Assembly: GCA_010015805.1 (NCBI GenBank)
Contig: ML978124.1
Location: forward strand, 2,232,001-2,296,000
Direction of reading: 5' to 3'
DNA: 64,000 nucleotides
Source: Rhizodiscina lignyota
Lineage: Eukaryota
Numbering within the stretch: the stretch's first letter is position 1; each line of letters starts with the position of its first letter. This document shows, piece by piece, positions 60,158-64,000 of this stretch. Under the pieces are notes generated by a model. The model saw nothing but the letters and a program-made list of their open reading frames with translations, was not told the origin of the DNA and ran no database searches. The position numbers were made by a program, and so were the translations under genes.

Positions 60158-62644
60158 ATGAGTACTGCTAGAAACTTCTCCGGTATACGCCGAACAAGAC
60201 CGTCATACAGCTGCGAGAACTGCAGGCTGCGCCGAGTGAAATGTGACCAGGTTAGCGACACCCGAGGACGGATGGCATTGTCGGTTGTTCAACGCGCTCA
60301 TAACGACAACAGGTTCACCCCAAGTGCGGAAACTGTACTCGAAACGGGACCGTATGCTCCTACCCAAGTGCGCCTTTAAAGAGAAAGTCACCTTCCGAGG
60401 ATCCGGTTTGTCAGCAAGGGAAGACGTCGCGTCGAAAGGTTGATGAGCCCACCCATTTCCGACATGGACATTTATCTCTCCAGAACGGAGGCCGCTCACG
60501 CTACACTGAGAACACCTTCTGGGCTTGTGTGGATGTTGAAGTGAGCCACTCCCCTGTCTACACCGCAAACGCGGAGACTAATCTGATTTCAGGGCCTTGA
60601 GCTAGATTCATTGCTATCAGACCTGCCTTTATTTCCTTTGGAGTCAGTCTGCTGTGCTGCCGACGATTCATCCCGCAATAACCCTCACAGCATGTCGTGC
60701 CGACATTTCGTCGGCACGACCGAGCCAAACTTCTCCTTCTGGGTCTCCAGACGGCCAAACATCGTCGAAGGAGACAGCCGAAGCCTAGCCGGAACACTCG
60801 TACAACTACCCCCGCGAGCGACATGTGACCAGTTGTATACCATCTTCCTCGCTGGTGTTCATCCGCTCATTCCGTTGATCTATCTGCCCGCTTTTGACAA
60901 GCAGTACCAGCGATTCTGGTCCTGGTATGAGCATTGGAACAGAAAAGACATCCCCGAGGGAGTCCTGCTGGAGAATCCCAGCTTCTTACCACTATTGCTA
61001 GCGGTGCTGTTTGCCGGTTCTATCGCGGCATCGAACATGGAGCCCGGGAGGACACCTTCCCCATCGCAGACACATAACCGCGAGTTACAGGCCAAGTTGT
61101 ACAACCTGGCATCTGATGCGCTGACATTGGTCGGCTTTCCTCACAACCCTGCCATATATTCTTTAATCGCCTTTCTCTTCATCCAGTCAATGCTTATCCT
61201 CGAGGAGGAGTCTCTTAGTTCCGTGTCGTTTGTTGCCGTCGCATTCCGTATCTGCCAGGCCATGGGCATCCACAAAGATGGAACAAACTTCGGTTTGCAT
61301 CCAATCCAGGTGGAGGAACGACGACGGGTGTGGTGCCACCTCATGCACCTCGACGTTATGACTTCGATGATATCCGGTCTTCCGCTAATCGCGTCCTCGG
61401 AGGCATTCTGCACCACCCAGATGATTGGCGAGTTAAGAGACGAATGGATCGGCAAAGAACGCGAGGCTTCTGCTGAGAATACTCATCTCTATCCCGGATA
61501 CATTCTGGCCGCCGGCAGATACGACGCCACATCTGTCATTCGTAATATCCTTCTCCGGCAATTCGCACCAACACCGATGAAATCCACAGACGTAAATCAG
61601 TTGAAAGGTACCATTGAGCGGCTGAGTCAGCGCTCGGAGGAACGGGCAAAGAGATTGGCTGCGTTGAACTATCCAGAGGCGTGGGCGCAAGACCCCACAA
61701 GTCATGGAGTTCATTCCCCTCCTCTCCCAGCTACACTTTCGGATGTTGAAGCATTTGATGGCTGGTCGCGAGATCTTCTCGTGATGATGGTCGAGAAAGC
61801 TTACTGTGTCCTATACCAACCATTAATGCAGGAGTTGAATCTTTGGCAGGAGCTCCGGACTGAAGCAATCCCACATTTCCAAGCGAACATCCGGATATTC
61901 CTTCGTCTCTGCAGCACAAAATCTTACAAACCGTTCCAATGGCTCTACCCAGGGGCGTACCAACCGCTTCAGCCCGCAGCAGTACTGCTCGTAGACCTGG
62001 CTAAGGAACCCAACTCACCGCAAGCTGCAGAGTCACGCATCTTACTCGAGCAAGTGTTCTCACTTCTGGGGCCTGAAGGACGAGTTGGCGCGGGAGTAAT
62101 GAAGCAGAGACACTTTTCTGATGGAGCGAAGAATGCTTGGGAACGACTTGAAAAGCTGAGGAGGAAAGTGTGGAAGAAGTTGGGACTGGACTCGAGCGTG
62201 CTTTGGTCCAGAACGATTGCAAGAGGGCAAGAGCAGGACATACCTGGGAGCAGTAGTGGCATGTTTTCCTCTCAAGGCTCAGACACGAGATTGGCGGAAG
62301 ATCCACCGTCGGTATATCCGAGCAGTGCGCAGATGGCCGAGGGGTCTACCGTGGAGCCTACCTCTACTGCGTACGTGTTGCAGCTGCCTCTGAATTTGAA
62401 AGCGCAGACTGCTAACAGCGACATTAGAACTCCATCACAGGCTGCGATGAACGACCTCTTTGTACCTCATCAACAAACATTCGCAGAGGGCTTGGAATCG
62501 TACCCGATCTCGGCTCCTGCCTCGGCACCAGGCTGGTTGGGAATGCAGCGAGATCCGGTGGAGATGGCTTCCGACTTCCTGGGTTCAGAGTATTCAGTAC
62601 CAGACTGGATGGGTTGGAATCATGGTGAAGATCCGTGGAGATGA
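60158..62644 (+). CDS. Zn(II)2Cys6 transcription factor with fungal-specific TF domain, 3 exons
   Basis: SCENCRLRRVKCDQ|VHPKCGNCTRNGTVCSY binuclear cluster, VHPLIPLIYLPAF, and AFRICQAMGIHKD...EERRRVWCHLMHLD. Confidence 0.92.
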
Positions 62645-63854
62645 TTTGCTGTTGTTTTGAGCGTTTCTTCTTGCGAACCTGAGCACGGTGTCAAAGCACC
62701 CACTGCATTTGTTCAGAAACAATTTGAAGATCCCCAAGTAGCGACTTGTGTTATTAGCAGATGTATTCAGTCAGCAACCTATGACACAACGTACCTCGTT
62801 TTCCGCCTCAAGCGATCCTCCAAAAAACTGTGAAGTCGGACATCATACCACATTTGCGCGACTAGACACTATCGGTGGCAGCATTCGGGATTAGACATAT
62901 CTGCCTAAACAATCGCTAGTGCTAATGTCGAGGAATATTACATAATCTCTATCAAATACCAATATTGTCTTAGACATGAAGTCCGGTTAAAGCTTGAGGG
63001 TCCAACCGGACTTTAGATGCGCCACATTGTGTCAGCGTCCTTGTGTCTATAGAGCCAGGGGTATCCAGGACGACCACGGCTGTCATTTGCACCGCTGGGG
63101 CTAACTTGTTTAAGTACAGTCAGCGAGAGATCCAATCATATGATGATTAATGGTCGTACTATTACGAACGGACCACGGCCGACGTCAAATGCTCTGCAAG
63201 TTATCCGTATCGATGTGCTCATTCGGTTACACCCCAAGGACTCTCGTGTCCATCGGTTCTACCATCCATCTGACTTGTTCGTGCAAACTCGAATGAAGCC
63301 CAGATCAGGAAAAGTACTTTAAGTTGCGCCAGGGTGAGTGGACTCCATTCAGCGTCAATACGCTGTATACTATCAGTTTGGTCCTGTTCTTCTTCGTACC
63401 TTTGTAGGAGGACAATGGTTGCTCCTTCGGACTCTCGGGGAACGCTTTCTGGACCAGCCCAACCTCGGAACGCGACATCGCGGCCCGATGGCATCGGCGT
63501 CTTGAGAGTATATTATTAATACTTTTACCGAGCCGTAGGGGCAGGCGGTGACAGAATGTCGGAGTCGGGATGCACTGTGGACGCTCAACCGGCCCTTTTC
63601 CGGAAGCCAAAGTTTACATACTTGTGGTATCTCTGAGATTATCATGTATCAATCGACAACGCACAGTCCCCTTCAGGATTGAGCTCTACTTGGAATCGCC
63701 ACGCTCTTCTCTTCCTCTATACATCAACCGACAGTACGCTCTCCTTTTCGGACTTCAAAGCTGCCCCAATGCCATCTCGATTTTCCTCTCATTCATCATT
63801 CGACACCATGCGGTATGCTTCAGGCTTTGAAGCTGTATGAGATCACCACACTAA

Positions 63855-64000
63855 AGTCGTTAATCCTATCTCAACGACTGTAGCACCGCCACAAAATCCA
63901 GACGGTGTTGAAGTAATATTCCCACTGCTGATATTGCAAAAATCTAGATCTGCTTCATCAACTCGTTTCAGCTCATCTGCAGTCGGCCGTGATGATCTAA
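63855..64000 (-). repeat. Dispersed degenerate repeat, copy B (truncated by the window edge)
   Basis: Its reverse complement aligns with 11880-12062; the strongest identity is over the last ~90 bp of the window. Confidence 0.7.

Noticed and set aside
60137..60160. GGTTCGACCAT duplicated at the TF start; resembles a tRNA T-loop
   Set aside because: No cloverleaf around it; just an 11-bp local tandem duplication.

Overview
Gene-dense, intron-containing DNA from a filamentous ascomycete (Pezizomycotina): short GT-AG introns with CTRAC-type branch sites and fungal-specific gene families. The first ~51 kb holds mostly housekeeping and orphan genes: a BTB-like protein, an F-box-like protein, an SDR, mitochondrial malonyl-CoA:ACP transacylase, a kelch membrane protein, a bHLH factor, a secreted DUF4185-like protein, an alpha-arrestin, ISY1, CCT8, a TRM732/THADA homologue, a MAPEG protein, CDC42, a siderophore-iron transporter with SreA-type GATA boxes, a DUF3405 protein, a Zip3/RNF212-like RING protein and a complex I accessory subunit. 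The most interesting part is a four-gene block at ~51.9-62.6 kb. It contains a cyclase/kynurenine-formamidase-like hydrolase, a GMC oxidoreductase with the His-Arg active-site pair typical of formate oxidase, a divergently transcribed catalase and a Zn2Cys6 regulator, which together suggest a formate-release/formate-oxidation/H2O2-removal cluster. Other observations are a degenerate ~280-bp tandem array at 16.0-17.1 kb, a dispersed inverted repeat pair (11.9 kb and 63.9 kb) and a candidate 43-aa membrane microprotein. Gene models were built by eye and family assignments come from recalled motifs, not database searches.
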